Origin: an uncultured Planctomycetales bacterium
GTDB taxonomy: Bacteria > Omnitrophota > Gorgyraeia > Zapsychrales > JBDRMG01
NCBI GenBank assembly: GCA_964478715.1
Contig: CAYZIY010000001.1
Coordinates: forward strand, 9,088-73,087
Direction: 5' to 3'
DNA length: 64,000 nt
Shown here piece after piece: positions 47,302-57,010 of the stretch. The notes beneath the pieces were generated by a model. It was not told the DNA's origin. It was given only the letters and a program-made list of their open reading frames with translations, and did not search any database. How positions within the stretch are numbered: position 1 is the first letter of the stretch; every line of letters starts with the position of its first letter. A program made the translations under genes and the position numbers.

Positions 47302-49524
47302 ATGGAAAATAATACGTCTGCTAAAAAAAAGATAATCTTGATTCAGCTGGCGGGATTAGGAGATCTGGTTTTGGCTTCGGGCGCTATCGCCGCTCTGGCC
47401 AAGAAATATCCGCGGGCCTCCATCGACTTACTCACTTACCGCAGTAATGCTCTCCTTGTTAAAGACTGTTATTTGATTAATCGGATATTCTGCTTTGATC
47501 ATTTTTTGACACGCCAAACAATTCAAACTCTGAAAGATTTAAGCGCGATTCACTATGATGAGGCTATTAATCTCTTTCGGATTCACACCTGGCGGGGCTC
47601 AATCAATATGAATGTTCTTTTTAAGCTGATCAGCTTTTCGGAATCAATCGGCCGTAATACGAATAACAAAGGTTATTTTTATACCCAAAGAGTTGATGAA
47701 AATTATCCCATGCACATTCATGAAACGGAGACTCATAAAAAACTGTTGGCCTTAGCCGGTGTTCATCAAATGGAGCCGCCTTGTCTTTGGATCAAGAGCG
47801 ACCGGGAAGGTCTTCAGGATTTTTTAAAGAAAGAGGCCAAGGGGTCCGTTCGAGAGTTAATTTGTCTGCATATCGGAGCACGGAAAGTTTCTCATCAATG
47901 GGGCGCCGAGCGTTTTGCCCAATTGACCAAACTGATTCATGACAATAATAAGGGAAGGGTTATTTTAACAGGCGGTCAACAAGATAAAGCAATCGCTAAG
48001 CGCATCAAGGTGTTGACTCAAAGGAAAATCATCGATGCCACCGGCTGCCTTTCGTTGGCTCAGTGGGTAGCCCTGATTGATACCTGCCGCATGGTGGTTA
48101 CCAATGAGACCGGCCCCATGCATTTGGCAGCATTGAGAGAAACTCCTTTAGTTATTCTTTCTGGAAATAGTCCGGATGAATTTTTGCCTCTTAAACGTGA
48201 TCAGATGATTATTTTGAAGAAAGAAAGCTGCCAGCCAAGAAACCGCTGTAGTGGTCTTAGGCAGATTACTCCTGTTGATGTTTTCGAGGTGATGGAAAAG
48301 CTTTTGAGCCGCGATCCGGATCTGGTCGCAGGCTGTGTTGATCTCAAGGAAAGAACCAAAGTTTTGCATGTTCACACCCGGGCCATTGTGGCCGGTTCCA
48401 GTAAAAATATGAAAACCGTATTAAAGAATTGTCCATTGGAATTTTATGAAAAACATATAGCCTGCGGTCTGCAGGGATACTGGAGTAATTTTCGCACAGA
48501 GTTTGAAGAAACGGGTATTGTTCTTCATGCCCAAAGGCATCTGAGAAATCCAATTCATCCGATTTGGGATTTGCGTTCATTGATTGATTTGATCAAACTT
48601 ATACAGAGAGAACAATTTCGAATTGTTCATACTCATAATTCGAAGGCTGGTGTTTTGGGACGCTTGGCAGCCAAACTATGCGGGGTTCCCGTTATCATCC
48701 ATACCCATCACAGTTGTCATTTTCATTATGAAGGGCTTTCCCCTTTTAAAGTGCTTCTTTATCGTCAGATCGAACGATTTATGGGTATATTGACAGACAG
48801 CTGCATTGCCGTAAGCCGGCATATTAGAGAGGAGTATCTCAAGTACCGATTAATTTCTCCGGAGAAAATCGTACTTATCTATGGGGGCGTGGATATAGGG
48901 GCATTGCAAAAAGAAGCGGGTGCGAGTCAGACAAGAAAAGAATTGGACCTTGATGATCGGTATCGTCTGATCGGCGTGATAGCCCGTTGCGAAGAGGAAA
49001 AAGGACAGAGAGATATTTTGCAGGCTATACCGGCGGTTGTTTATCTATATCCGGAAACCATATTTCTTTTTGTGGGCGATGGAAGTAAAAGAAACGAGTT
49101 TGAAGATATGGCACGAAAAATGAAGTTGAAGCCGCATGTCCGCTTTGTCGGTTTTCGTCGGGATATTCCTCGGATTATACATGCGATTGATATTTTGTGC
49201 ACCGCCCCTTATTATGAGGGGATGGGGCAGATTTACTTGGAGGCCCAGGCAGCCGGCAAACCTATTTGCGCAACTTTCGTTGGTGGTATTCCCGATATCG
49301 TGATGGATCAGGAAACAGGCTTTTTGGTCAAGCCGAGAAATCCGGATGCCATTAGCGCTGTGTTGACAAAGCTGCTTAAGGACGAAGGCCTTCGGCGCAC
49401 AATGGGACAAAAAGGGAAAGAGCATGTATCAAAAAATTTTACTGAATCTATTATGGTGGAAAAAACTTTGGGATTGTATCAAAGATTGTTAGAGAAGAAG
49501 CGCCTTTGGACGTCAGAAAAATAA
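47302..49524 (+). CDS. fusion of GT9 (ADP-heptose:LPS heptosyltransferase-like) and GT4 glycosyltransferase domains
   Basis: N-terminal half: IILIQLAGLGDLVLASGAIAALAKKYP and a GT9 fold. C-terminal half: GT4 with the EGMGQIYLEAQAAGKPICATFVGGIPDIV (EX7E) motif. Confidence 0.75.
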   Translation: MENNTSAKKKIILIQLAGLGDLVLASGAIAALAKKYPRASIDLLTYRSNALLVKDCYLINRIFCFDHFLTRQTIQTLKDLSAIHYDEAINLFRIHTWRGSINMNVLFKLISFSESIGRNTNNKGYFYTQRVDENYPMHIHETETHKKLLALAGVHQMEPPCLWIKSDREGLQDFLKKEAKGSVRELICLHIGARKVSHQWGAERFAQLTKLIHDNNKGRVILTGGQQDKAIAKRIKVLTQRKIIDATGCLSLAQWVALIDTCRMVVTNETGPMHLAALRETPLVILSGNSPDEFLPLKRDQMIILKKESCQPRNRCSGLRQITPVDVFEVMEKLLSRDPDLVAGCVDLKERTKVLHVHTRAIVAGSSKNMKTVLKNCPLEFYEKHIACGLQGYWSNFRTEFEETGIVLHAQRHLRNPIHPIWDLRSLIDLIKLIQREQFRIVHTHNSKAGVLGRLAAKLCGVPVIIHTHHSCHFHYEGLSPFKVLLYRQIERFMGILTDSCIAVSRHIREEYLKYRLISPEKIVLIYGGVDIGALQKEAGASQTRKELDLDDRYRLIGVIARCEEEKGQRDILQAIPAVVYLYPETIFLFVGDGSKRNEFEDMARKMKLKPHVRFVGFRRDIPRIIHAIDILCTAPYYEGMGQIYLEAQAAGKPICATFVGGIPDIVMDQETGFLVKPRNPDAISAVLTKLLKDEGLRRTMGQKGKEHVSKNFTESIMVEKTLGLYQRLLEKKRLWTSEK

Positions 49525-49552
49525 ATCCATGAACCCAGACGTGAAAATCGCT

Positions 49553-49580
49553 TTACAACCTGAGGGGCTCTAGGTATAAT
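49553..49580 (+). promoter_or_regulatory. sigma70-like promoter TTTACA-N16-TATAAT upstream of hisG
   Basis: -35 TTTACA at 49553-49558, -10 TATAAT at 49575-49580. Confidence 0.55.
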
Positions 49581-49647
49581 ATCTCCCACTATGACTCTAT
49601 GTGCAAGATGCTTATAATAAATTATATTACTTAAAGGATTTCAAATA

Positions 49648-50523
49648 ATGAAAAAGCTCAAATTAGGATTGCCCAAAGGCAGTTTACAGCAGGCTACGAT
49701 CGGCTTGTTTGAGCGGGCCGGTTTTAAAATCCGCGTGTCCGAAAGGTCTTATTTCCCCTATATTGACGATGAAGAAATCGAACCGGTTCTTTTAAGGGCG
49801 CAGGAAATGTCGCGTTATGTGGAAGATCAGGCCCTGGATTGCGGCATCACCGGTCAGGATTGGATTCTTGAAAACGGATCAAAGGTTATAACGATTTCCG
49901 ATCTCATGTATGCCAAACAAAGCGCCAGCAAAGTTCGATGGGTTCTGGCCGCTCCGGAAACCTCGTCAATTCGATCGGTCAAGGATCTCAAAGCAAAGCG
50001 GATTGCAACCGAACTCGAGCAGGTGACCAAGAAATTTCTTAAGAAAAACAAAGTCGATGCGGAAGTAGAATTCAGCTGGGGCGCTACGGAAGCTAAAGTC
50101 GCCTCTGGATTAGTTGATGCCGTTGTTGAGCTTACCGAAACCGGGCGCAGTCTGCGGGCCAATAAACTGAGGATCATCGCAACGATTTGTGAGTCGACCA
50201 CTCGATTTATCACCAATCAAAAAGCCTATCAAAATCCGTGGAAAAAAAAGAAAATAGACCAGATTGCTCTGTTGCTTCGAGGCGCTCTGGAAGCCGAGAA
50301 TATGGTAGGTCTTAAGCTGAATGTTCAACAAAAAGATCTTAAGAAGGTTCTGTCTTTGCTGTCATCGTTAAAAAAGCCAACGATTTCGCCTTTGAGCCAG
50401 AAAGATTGGCTGGCCGTCGAAACGGTTATTCATGAATCAAAGGTGCGGATTTTGATTCCTCAGCTTAAAGAAGCCGGGGCCCAGGGGATTATCGAATTTT
50501 CTCTTAACAAACTGATTCACTAA
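49648..50523 (+). CDS. hisG: ATP phosphoribosyltransferase (long form with C-terminal regulatory domain)
   Basis: [24 protein letters not shown]-terminus. 291 aa, the long HisG(L) form. Confidence 0.9.
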   Translation: MKKLKLGLPKGSLQQATIGLFERAGFKIRVSERSYFPYIDDEEIEPVLLRAQEMSRYVEDQALDCGITGQDWILENGSKVITISDLMYAKQSASKVRWVLAAPETSSIRSVKDLKAKRIATELEQVTKKFLKKNKVDAEVEFSWGATEAKVASGLVDAVVELTETGRSLRANKLRIIATICESTTRFITNQKAYQNPWKKKKIDQIALLLRGALEAENMVGLKLNVQQKDLKKVLSLLSSLKKPTISPLSQKDWLAVETVIHESKVRILIPQLKEAGAQGIIEFSLNKLIH

Positions 50524-50547
50524 CCATAAGGAGTTTCAACAACGACT

Positions 50548-50649
50548 ATGCCGTGTGGAAGAAAAAGAAAAAGACGTAAAATACGAACCCATAAAAGAAA
50601 AAAACTAATTAAGTCGAAGCGTCACCTGAAAAAGAGAGACCACTCTTAA
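50548..50649 (+). CDS. 33-aa extremely basic micro-protein MPCGRKRKRRKIRTHKRKKLIKSKRHLKKRDHS
   Basis: AAGGAG at 50529-50534, ATG at 50548, stop TAA at 50647-50649. Lies between hisG and the TPR gene. Not in the ORF track (<60 aa). Composition resembles small ribosomal proteins (L34/L36/THX class), but no confident match. Confidence 0.35.
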   Translation: MPCGRKRKRRKIRTHKRKKLIKSKRHLKKRDHS

Positions 50650-50665
50650 CACCCCTCATTTTTTC

Positions 50666-51667
50666 TTGATGATGAAGATATTTTCTGCAACCAGAGGTCT
50701 GCAATTCGTCATAATTCTTTCAGTCCTTTTTCTTGGTGCATCTGCCTTGCAAGCTGTCACTCAGGGGCCGACTCCCGAGAGTCTGTCTCATTTCCTTAAA
50801 GGACTTTTATATGATTGGGATGGTATGACCGGTCTAGCCATTAACGAGTATGAGCAGGCCGCCCGTTATGATCCCGATAGTTTTGCCATTCACCTGAAGC
50901 TGGGTGCCGATTATGCCCGCATCGGAGAATTGGAAAAAGCCATCAAGGAAATCGAAACAGCCCAAAGCATCAATCCCAGGTATCTTCATTCGTATTACTT
51001 GTTGGCTGTATTGTATTCGGCCAGTCAGGAATATCAAAAAGCCGCTGAACAATACGAGAAAATTTTGGTTACCTTTTCGCGAGACGAAGAGGCCAATCTT
51101 GAGGTTTACGCTTATCTCGGTCAGTTGTATTATTCGCAGCAGAAATACCGAGAGGCGCTTCAGCAGTTTCAAAAGATCCTTGAATGGGAGCCGGAGAATA
51201 AAGAAGTGAAATTTCTCATCGGATCATTATATTTTGATTTGGAAAAAAAAAGCCGGGCCATCGAGATTTTTAAAGAAGTCATTAAGCAGGATCCTAGCCA
51301 TCAAAACAGTCTGAATTTTCTTAGCTATATTTATGCCGAGCAGGGTATTCATCTGGATGAAGCCTTAGTCATGATTCAAAAGGCCCTTGAGATCGAACCA
51401 GACAATGGCGCTTTCTTGGACACCTTAGGTTGGATTTATTACCAGAAGGGTCTGTATGAGGAGGCTCTCGATCCCCTTGAGAAGGCAGCGGAAATATACC
51501 CGGATGCGGTTATTTTTGATCATCTCGGAGACGCCTATCTAAAAATGGGTTTAACGGAAAAAGCCAAAAAAAGTTGGCAGCGAGCGTTACAATTGGCCCC
51601 TGAAGACAGCGATGTAGATGAAAAGATCAACACACTCAAAAACAAACACATTTCGCAGAACCGGTGA
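50666..51667 (+). CDS. secreted TPR-repeat protein
   Basis: Signal peptide plus about 7 TPR units (AIHLKLGADYARIGELEKAIKEIETA...). Confidence 0.75.
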   Translation: MMMKIFSATRGLQFVIILSVLFLGASALQAVTQGPTPESLSHFLKGLLYDWDGMTGLAINEYEQAARYDPDSFAIHLKLGADYARIGELEKAIKEIETAQSINPRYLHSYYLLAVLYSASQEYQKAAEQYEKILVTFSRDEEANLEVYAYLGQLYYSQQKYREALQQFQKILEWEPENKEVKFLIGSLYFDLEKKSRAIEIFKEVIKQDPSHQNSLNFLSYIYAEQGIHLDEALVMIQKALEIEPDNGAFLDTLGWIYYQKGLYEEALDPLEKAAEIYPDAVIFDHLGDAYLKMGLTEKAKKSWQRALQLAPEDSDVDEKINTLKNKHISQNR

Positions 51668-51713
51668 ATCATCTCATAATAGATTGATGGCCAAAAACAA
51701 ATAGACGGTTTCC

Positions 51714-52643
51714 ATGAGAGATATTGCCCTTCCATCCCCCGCCAAGCTCAATCTTTTTCTTAAAGTTCTCAATAAACGCAAAGACGGTTATCATAATTTG
51801 GTGACTCTTTTTGAAAGGATTGATCTGTGCGATGAAATTCGCTGCACACTCAACAGAACCGGAGCCATCAAAATCAGTTGTGATGATCCCGATGTCCCTT
51901 GTGGTTTTAAGAACCTGGCTTTTCAGGCAGCCAAGATTTTGCGTGAGACATATGCCCTTCAAAACGGCGTCCATATCAGAATCAAAAAAAAGATTCCAGT
52001 GGCTGCAGGTTTGGGAGGAGGGTCGAGCAATGCAGCCACGACCTTAAAATGTCTTAATCAGATATGGAAATTGGATTTAAAAACAGAGGGTTTGGTGAAA
52101 ATTGCGCGTTCTCTCGGGGCCGATGTTCCGTTTTTTCTTTATAACTGCTCCTATGCTTTGGGAACCCAGAGGGGAGACCATATCCAGCCTCTGTCAATAC
52201 GCAGATCTTTATGGCATGTGTTGATTGTGCCAAAGATGAAAGTCTATTCGCGCGAAGTATTTAAAGCATTTCAAATGGCTTCGGATGTCTCAAATTCTCA
52301 TAAACAGCCCCAGACGAATATGTTGACAAAGAGAAACGATAATGCTAATATTTTACTTCATGCGTTGCAAAAAAGGGATCTTTTAGGCCTTAAAAAAGGG
52401 CTTTTCAATGACCTGGAACGTGTTGTATTAGCTCAATATCGTAATTTATATTTATTAAAAGGAAAATTAGTAAATGGAGGCTCTTTAGGAACCTTGCTCT
52501 CGGGGAGTGGACCTGCTGTTTTCTCAATTGTGAAATCCCAGTTCGCCGCTGAGACTTTGAAAGATAGATTGTCTAAAACCTATCAAAGGGTTTTTATTGT
52601 TCGTACGAAGGTAAAGGAGGAAGACAGCTATGGAAATTACTGA
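51714..52643 (+). CDS. ispE: 4-diphosphocytidyl-2-C-methyl-D-erythritol kinase
   Basis: PAKLNLFLKV N-terminus and the GHMP kinase motif IPVAAGLGGGSSNAA. Confidence 0.9.
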   Translation: MRDIALPSPAKLNLFLKVLNKRKDGYHNLVTLFERIDLCDEIRCTLNRTGAIKISCDDPDVPCGFKNLAFQAAKILRETYALQNGVHIRIKKKIPVAAGLGGGSSNAATTLKCLNQIWKLDLKTEGLVKIARSLGADVPFFLYNCSYALGTQRGDHIQPLSIRRSLWHVLIVPKMKVYSREVFKAFQMASDVSNSHKQPQTNMLTKRNDNANILLHALQKRDLLGLKKGLFNDLERVVLAQYRNLYLLKGKLVNGGSLGTLLSGSGPAVFSIVKSQFAAETLKDRLSKTYQRVFIVRTKVKEEDSYGNY

Positions 52644-53031
52644 AGTCAGGGTTTTTCCTAAAGAAGGCCAGGACAAGAAACTCAAAGCCTACACAACGGT
52701 GACTTTCGATAATGCGTTTGTTGTTCGCAATGTCAAAGTTATTCAGGGATCGAGCGGACTTTTTATTGCTATGCCTTCGCGAAAAATGAAAAATCCCTGC
52801 CCCAAATGTAATTTCAAGAATGAGGTGGGCAGTAGATTCTGCAATAAATGCGGAGCCAATGTTCCCGAAAAGGACAGCGTCCCTCACGCAGCGGAATCCG
52901 GCGCTAAAGGTGAGCATCGTGACATTGCTCATCCAGTAACGCAGGAGTTTCGTGAATACATGCAAAACAAGATTCTCGAGGCATACCAAAAAGAGGTTGG
53001 CGAGGGTTCTTCCCAACCGGCATCGGAATAG
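52630..53031 (+). CDS. spoVG: SpoVG family protein with C-terminal zinc-ribbon extension
   Basis: N-terminal 85 aa match SpoVG (MEITEVRVFPKEGQDKKLKAYTTVTFDNAFVVRNVKVIQGSSGLFIAMPSRK). Followed by CPKCNFKNEVGSRFCNKCG (Cx2Cx10Cx2C) and an acidic tail. 133 aa versus about 95 for typical SpoVG. Confidence 0.8.
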   Translation: MEITEVRVFPKEGQDKKLKAYTTVTFDNAFVVRNVKVIQGSSGLFIAMPSRKMKNPCPKCNFKNEVGSRFCNKCGANVPEKDSVPHAAESGAKGEHRDIAHPVTQEFREYMQNKILEAYQKEVGEGSSQPASE

Positions 53032-53050
53032 ATTATTTAATTAATATATT

Positions 53051-53122
53051 TGCCCGGTGGTGTAATGGTAACACGCGAGAATTTGGATCTCGTTTTCCAG
53101 GTTCGAGTCCTGGCTGGGCAGT
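53051..53122 (+). tRNA. tRNA-Gln (anticodon TTG)
   Basis: Manual cloverleaf fold: acceptor TGCCCGG/CTGGGCA (one G-U pair), D-arm GTGT-AATGGTA-ACAC, anticodon arm CGAGA-ATTTGGA-TCTCG (anticodon TTG, G at position 37), 4-nt variable loop, T-arm CCAGG-TTCGAGT-CCTGG. CCA not encoded. Confidence 0.7.
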
Positions 53123-53133
53123 GAATTAAGGCA

Positions 53134-54399
53134 ATGAATAAACAATTGATGACGATCGTTTTGGCCGCGGGTAAAGGGAAGCGAATGAAATCGAATTTCC
53201 CGAAAGTTCTTCATGAATTATGCGGTCGCCCCATGATTGCCTATGTTTGCGAAACCGTTTGTTCTTTGAAGAAAAATAGCGTGACGGTTGTGCTCGGTCA
53301 CGAGTTCGAGACTGTCAGGAAGGTTCTTGTGAACGATGTCAAGGTTGTCAGGCAAAAGAAATTGTTGGGCACGGCTGACGCTGTCCGGCAAAGCGTAAAG
53401 AGTTTTCCGGCAGGAAATTATTCTGTGCTTATTGTCTGCGGGGACACGCCTTTGTTAAGAAAAGCAACTCTTGAGCGTCTGGTCGCCTATCATCGTCAGA
53501 TGAAAAATCAAGCGACGTGTTTGACAGCTTGCGTAGAGAAGCCCCAAGGCTATGGCCGTATTATCCGTGGACTGAATCAGGATGTTTTGGCCATTTGCGA
53601 AGAGAGGGACGCTACCTCCCGGATTAGAAAAATCAATGAAATCAATACGGGTATCTACTGTTTTGAGAAAAGCTGTTTAGTCCAAGCGCTTAGAAGCGTT
53701 AAGCTCAATCACAAAAAGAAAGAGTTTTATTTAACCGATGTTATCGAGATTATGGTCAAAAACGGTTTGTGCGTAAAAGCCCTGCGGCTGGAGGATTCCC
53801 GGGAAGGTATGGGAATTAATACCCGGGAAGATTTAGCCCGGGCCGATCGCCTGATGCAAGAGAGGATTTTGCGTTCCTATATGCTTAAAGGCGTAACCAT
53901 CAGAAATCCGGCAACGACGTTTATTGACGCATCGGCAAAAATTGGCCGTGAAACCATTATCCATCCTTTTTGTGTCATCGGAAAAGATGTGAGGATCGGT
54001 GCTCGCTGTGAAATTGGTCCTTTTTGTCATTTGCGCGAAGGTGCCAGAATTGGAAGAAATGTTTGTGTGGGAAATTTTGCCGAGATTTGCCGTTCGCAGC
54101 TTGGCGATAATTCCTTTATGAAACATTTTAGTTATTTAGGGGATACCCTGGCCGGTAAGCGAGTTAATATAGGTGCTGGAGTCGTGACGGCTAACTTTGA
54201 CGGAAAGAAAAAGTCACAGACTCAAATCGGCGATGAAGCTTTTATCGGCTCAGATTCCATTTTGATCGCTCCGATAAAAATCGGCAAGAAGGCGGTTACT
54301 GGTGCCGGGAGCGTTGTTTTAAAAGGACGTCATGTTTCAGCGGGACAAACAGTTGTTGGATATCCGGCGCGAGTTTTAACAAGGAGAAAAAAATCATGA
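53134..54399 (+). CDS. glmU: bifunctional GlcNAc-1-P uridyltransferase / GlcN-1-P acetyltransferase
   Basis: LAAGKGKRMKS nucleotidyltransferase motif. C-terminal left-handed beta-helix hexapeptide repeats. Confidence 0.85.
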   Translation: MNKQLMTIVLAAGKGKRMKSNFPKVLHELCGRPMIAYVCETVCSLKKNSVTVVLGHEFETVRKVLVNDVKVVRQKKLLGTADAVRQSVKSFPAGNYSVLIVCGDTPLLRKATLERLVAYHRQMKNQATCLTACVEKPQGYGRIIRGLNQDVLAICEERDATSRIRKINEINTGIYCFEKSCLVQALRSVKLNHKKKEFYLTDVIEIMVKNGLCVKALRLEDSREGMGINTREDLARADRLMQERILRSYMLKGVTIRNPATTFIDASAKIGRETIIHPFCVIGKDVRIGARCEIGPFCHLREGARIGRNVCVGNFAEICRSQLGDNSFMKHFSYLGDTLAGKRVNIGAGVVTANFDGKKKSQTQIGDEAFIGSDSILIAPIKIGKKAVTGAGSVVLKGRHVSAGQTVVGYPARVLTRRKKS

Positions 54400-55346
54400 A
54401 CGGATTAGCGATTTTATCGGGCAATGCCAATTCCGAATTATGTAAAAAGATTTGTCGGCATCTGGATATTCCACAGTCGGAAGTCATGGTCGAGCGATTC
54501 AGCGAAGGAGAAATCCGCGTTCAGATCAAAGATAATATTCGCGGTAAAGATGTTTTTATCGTTCAGCCCACCTGCCCTCCACCCAATGAAAATCTGATGG
54601 AACTTTTAATTCTTATCGATGCGTCCCGTCGAGCTTCAGCCCAGCGGATCACCGCTGTTGTGCCTTATTACGGCTATGCTCGGCAGGATCGCAAGGATAT
54701 GCCACGGGTTCCCATCACGGCCAAATTAGTGGCCAATATGATAGCCGCGGCTGGGGCGAATCGGGTGTTGACAATGGATTTGCATGCGTCCCAAATTCAG
54801 GGTTTCTTTGATATTCCTGTCGATCACCTCTATGCCATCAATACGGTTTGTGATTATTTTCGCTCAAAAGACATTAAGGATTTGGTGATTGCCTCGCCGG
54901 ATGTGGGCGGTATCAAGATGGCCAGGGCCTATGCCGAAAAGCTTGGCGCGGGACTGGCAATTGTCGATAAAAGAAGGGTGAGTCCAGAGAAAACGGAAGT
55001 GATGCATATTTTGGGAGACGTCAGAGGGAAAACTGCAGTTATCATAGACGATATCGCCGCGACGGCCGGTTCATTGATCGAAGCCGTGGAAGCTCTGAAG
55101 AAAAAGGGTGTGAAGACAATTTACGCGGCGGTCAGTCACGGTATTCTGTCGGGATCGGCCATCGAACGCATCGAAAAATGCCGTGTTCTGAATGAATTTG
55201 TGATGACCGACAGCATTCCTTTAGATGATAAAAAGAAAAGCAAGAAGATCAAGATTATCTCGATCGCTCCATTATTGGCCGAGGCGATTAAGAGAATCCA
55301 CAATGAAGAATCCATTAGCTGTTTGTTTGATGGAATAAAACGATAA
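54396..55346 (+). CDS. prs: ribose-phosphate pyrophosphokinase
   Basis: PRPP-binding loop DDIAATAGS. 316 aa. ATGA overlap with glmU. Confidence 0.9.
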   Translation: MNGLAILSGNANSELCKKICRHLDIPQSEVMVERFSEGEIRVQIKDNIRGKDVFIVQPTCPPPNENLMELLILIDASRRASAQRITAVVPYYGYARQDRKDMPRVPITAKLVANMIAAAGANRVLTMDLHASQIQGFFDIPVDHLYAINTVCDYFRSKDIKDLVIASPDVGGIKMARAYAEKLGAGLAIVDKRRVSPEKTEVMHILGDVRGKTAVIIDDIAATAGSLIEAVEALKKKGVKTIYAAVSHGILSGSAIERIEKCRVLNEFVMTDSIPLDDKKKSKKIKIISIAPLLAEAIKRIHNEESISCLFDGIKR

Positions 55347-55368
55347 AAGAAAAGGCGGTAGGAGCAAG

Positions 55369-56088
55369 ATGGAACAGATCAATTTAGCGGTTCAAACAAG
55401 AAGCAAAATCGGTACGCAAGCTTGTCATGAGATTCGTCGCGGTGATTTTATTCCTGCGGTGGTTTATGGAGGCAAATCAAAACCCGCTTCGATTCAGGTA
55501 GATCGGAGTTGTTTCGAGCGTTTAGAGAGACAACATCACGGAGAGAGTATCGTGGTGTCTTTAGAGGTTATGGAAGGTGAAAAGAAGCTGAAAAACTATC
55601 CGGCGATTATCAAAGAAATCCAGCATGATCCGGTGACTGACAAAATACTTCATGTTGATTTTCATCATATTTCTCTGACGAAAGTGATTGAGGTAAGCGT
55701 GCCTATTGTGGCTAAGGGCGAACCCATCGGAGTCAAAAAAGAAGGCGGATCGCTTGATCACCATCTCTGGGAGCTGGAGATTGAGTGCTTACCGACTCAA
55801 ATTCCCCAGCATATCGATGTGGAGGTTAGCAAGCTAAGGATCAACGAGAGTATTTATGTCAAAGATTTACTTGTGCCTCAAGGCATTAAGGTAAAGATGG
55901 ATCCTGAAGAAACCGTTTTGACGGTGATTCCACCGATGAAAGAAGAGGAGGTGGGAGAGGAAGCTGCAGTGGCATCTGGGGAGCCCGAAGTAATCAAGGA
56001 AAAGAAGAAAGAAGAATCGACTCCGAAGGCGGAACAGGGTGGTTCGCAGGAAAAGAAACCGGAAAAAGAAAAAACCGAAGGGTCCTGA
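55369..56088 (+). CDS. rplY: 50S ribosomal protein L25 / general stress protein Ctc, with low-complexity acidic/lysine C-terminal tail
   Basis: N-terminal L25 beta-barrel (INLAVQTRSKIGTQA...) plus a Ctc-type C-terminal domain and an EEK-rich tail. Confidence 0.85.
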   Translation: MEQINLAVQTRSKIGTQACHEIRRGDFIPAVVYGGKSKPASIQVDRSCFERLERQHHGESIVVSLEVMEGEKKLKNYPAIIKEIQHDPVTDKILHVDFHHISLTKVIEVSVPIVAKGEPIGVKKEGGSLDHHLWELEIECLPTQIPQHIDVEVSKLRINESIYVKDLLVPQGIKVKMDPEETVLTVIPPMKEEEVGEEAAVASGEPEVIKEKKKEESTPKAEQGGSQEKKPEKEKTEGS

Positions 56089-56091
56089 TCT

Positions 56092-56667
56092 TTGGAAAAA
56101 CGGATTGTTGTTGGTTTGGGAAATCCCGGAGAGAAATATAAAAAAACGCGGCATAATTTTGGTTTTCTAATCGCAGAAGAGTTTGCCGGACAAATCGGCA
56201 GTAAATTTAGAAGGAGTTTTCTTCATAAATGCTTTCTGGCCGAAGGAATTCTTGAGGATCGGCAAATTCTTTTGATGAAACCGGCCACCTATATGAATAA
56301 TTCCGGAATGAGCATCAAAAAGCTGTTGGACAGAAAAGGAATCACTCTCGATAATATTTTGATTATTCATGATGACCTGGATTTGCCTTTTGGCCGTTTG
56401 CGGTTTAAGAAAGAAGGAAGCGATGCCGGCCATCGCGGCCTTCGCTCCATCGCGAATTCTTTAAGGACCAGGCAGTATGCACGTTTAAAATGCGGAATCG
56501 GACGCCCTCGAAGCGATCAGGATGCTGCCGAATATGTTTTGAGCCTTTTTGATGAAACTCAGCAGGAAGAATTACCTTCGATTGTCAAGCGGGCTCTAAA
56601 GATTATCAGTTCCTGGGCTTTGGGAAAAGAAGAAGACGTTTACTCATTATGTCAAAAAAATGATTAA
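56092..56667 (+). CDS. pth: peptidyl-tRNA hydrolase
   Basis: TTG start. IVVGLGNPGEKYKKTRHNFGF signature. Confidence 0.9.
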   Translation: MEKRIVVGLGNPGEKYKKTRHNFGFLIAEEFAGQIGSKFRRSFLHKCFLAEGILEDRQILLMKPATYMNNSGMSIKKLLDRKGITLDNILIIHDDLDLPFGRLRFKKEGSDAGHRGLRSIANSLRTRQYARLKCGIGRPRSDQDAAEYVLSLFDETQQEELPSIVKRALKIISSWALGKEEDVYSLCQKND

Positions 56668-56691
56668 TCCATTCAAGCAAAAGGAAAGGCA

Positions 56692-57000
56692 ATGAACAAA
56701 TACGAATTAATTTTAATTGTTGATTCTCAATTAACAGAAGAGCAGAAAGACGATATCCAGAATCAAGCGCTGGATGGAATTTCCAAATCAAAAGGAAAGG
56801 TGATCAATGCGCAGCGTTGGCTTGATAAGCATAAGATGGCCTTTAAAATAAAAAATGTATCCGAAGCAACTTATTATCTGATCCGGTTTGATTCTGGGGC
56901 AGAGAATGTCCAGAAACTGAAGGAATTTCTGCGGGTCAATGAAAATATTTTGAGATTTGCGATTTATAGATCGCAAGAAACCAGCGTTAAGAAAATCTAA
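56692..57000 (+). CDS. rpsF: 30S ribosomal protein S6
   Basis: MNKYELILIVDSQLTEEQ N-terminus. Confidence 0.85.
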   Translation: MNKYELILIVDSQLTEEQKDDIQNQALDGISKSKGKVINAQRWLDKHKMAFKIKNVSEATYYLIRFDSGAENVQKLKEFLRVNENILRFAIYRSQETSVKKI

Positions 57001-57010
57001 GGAGGGCAGG

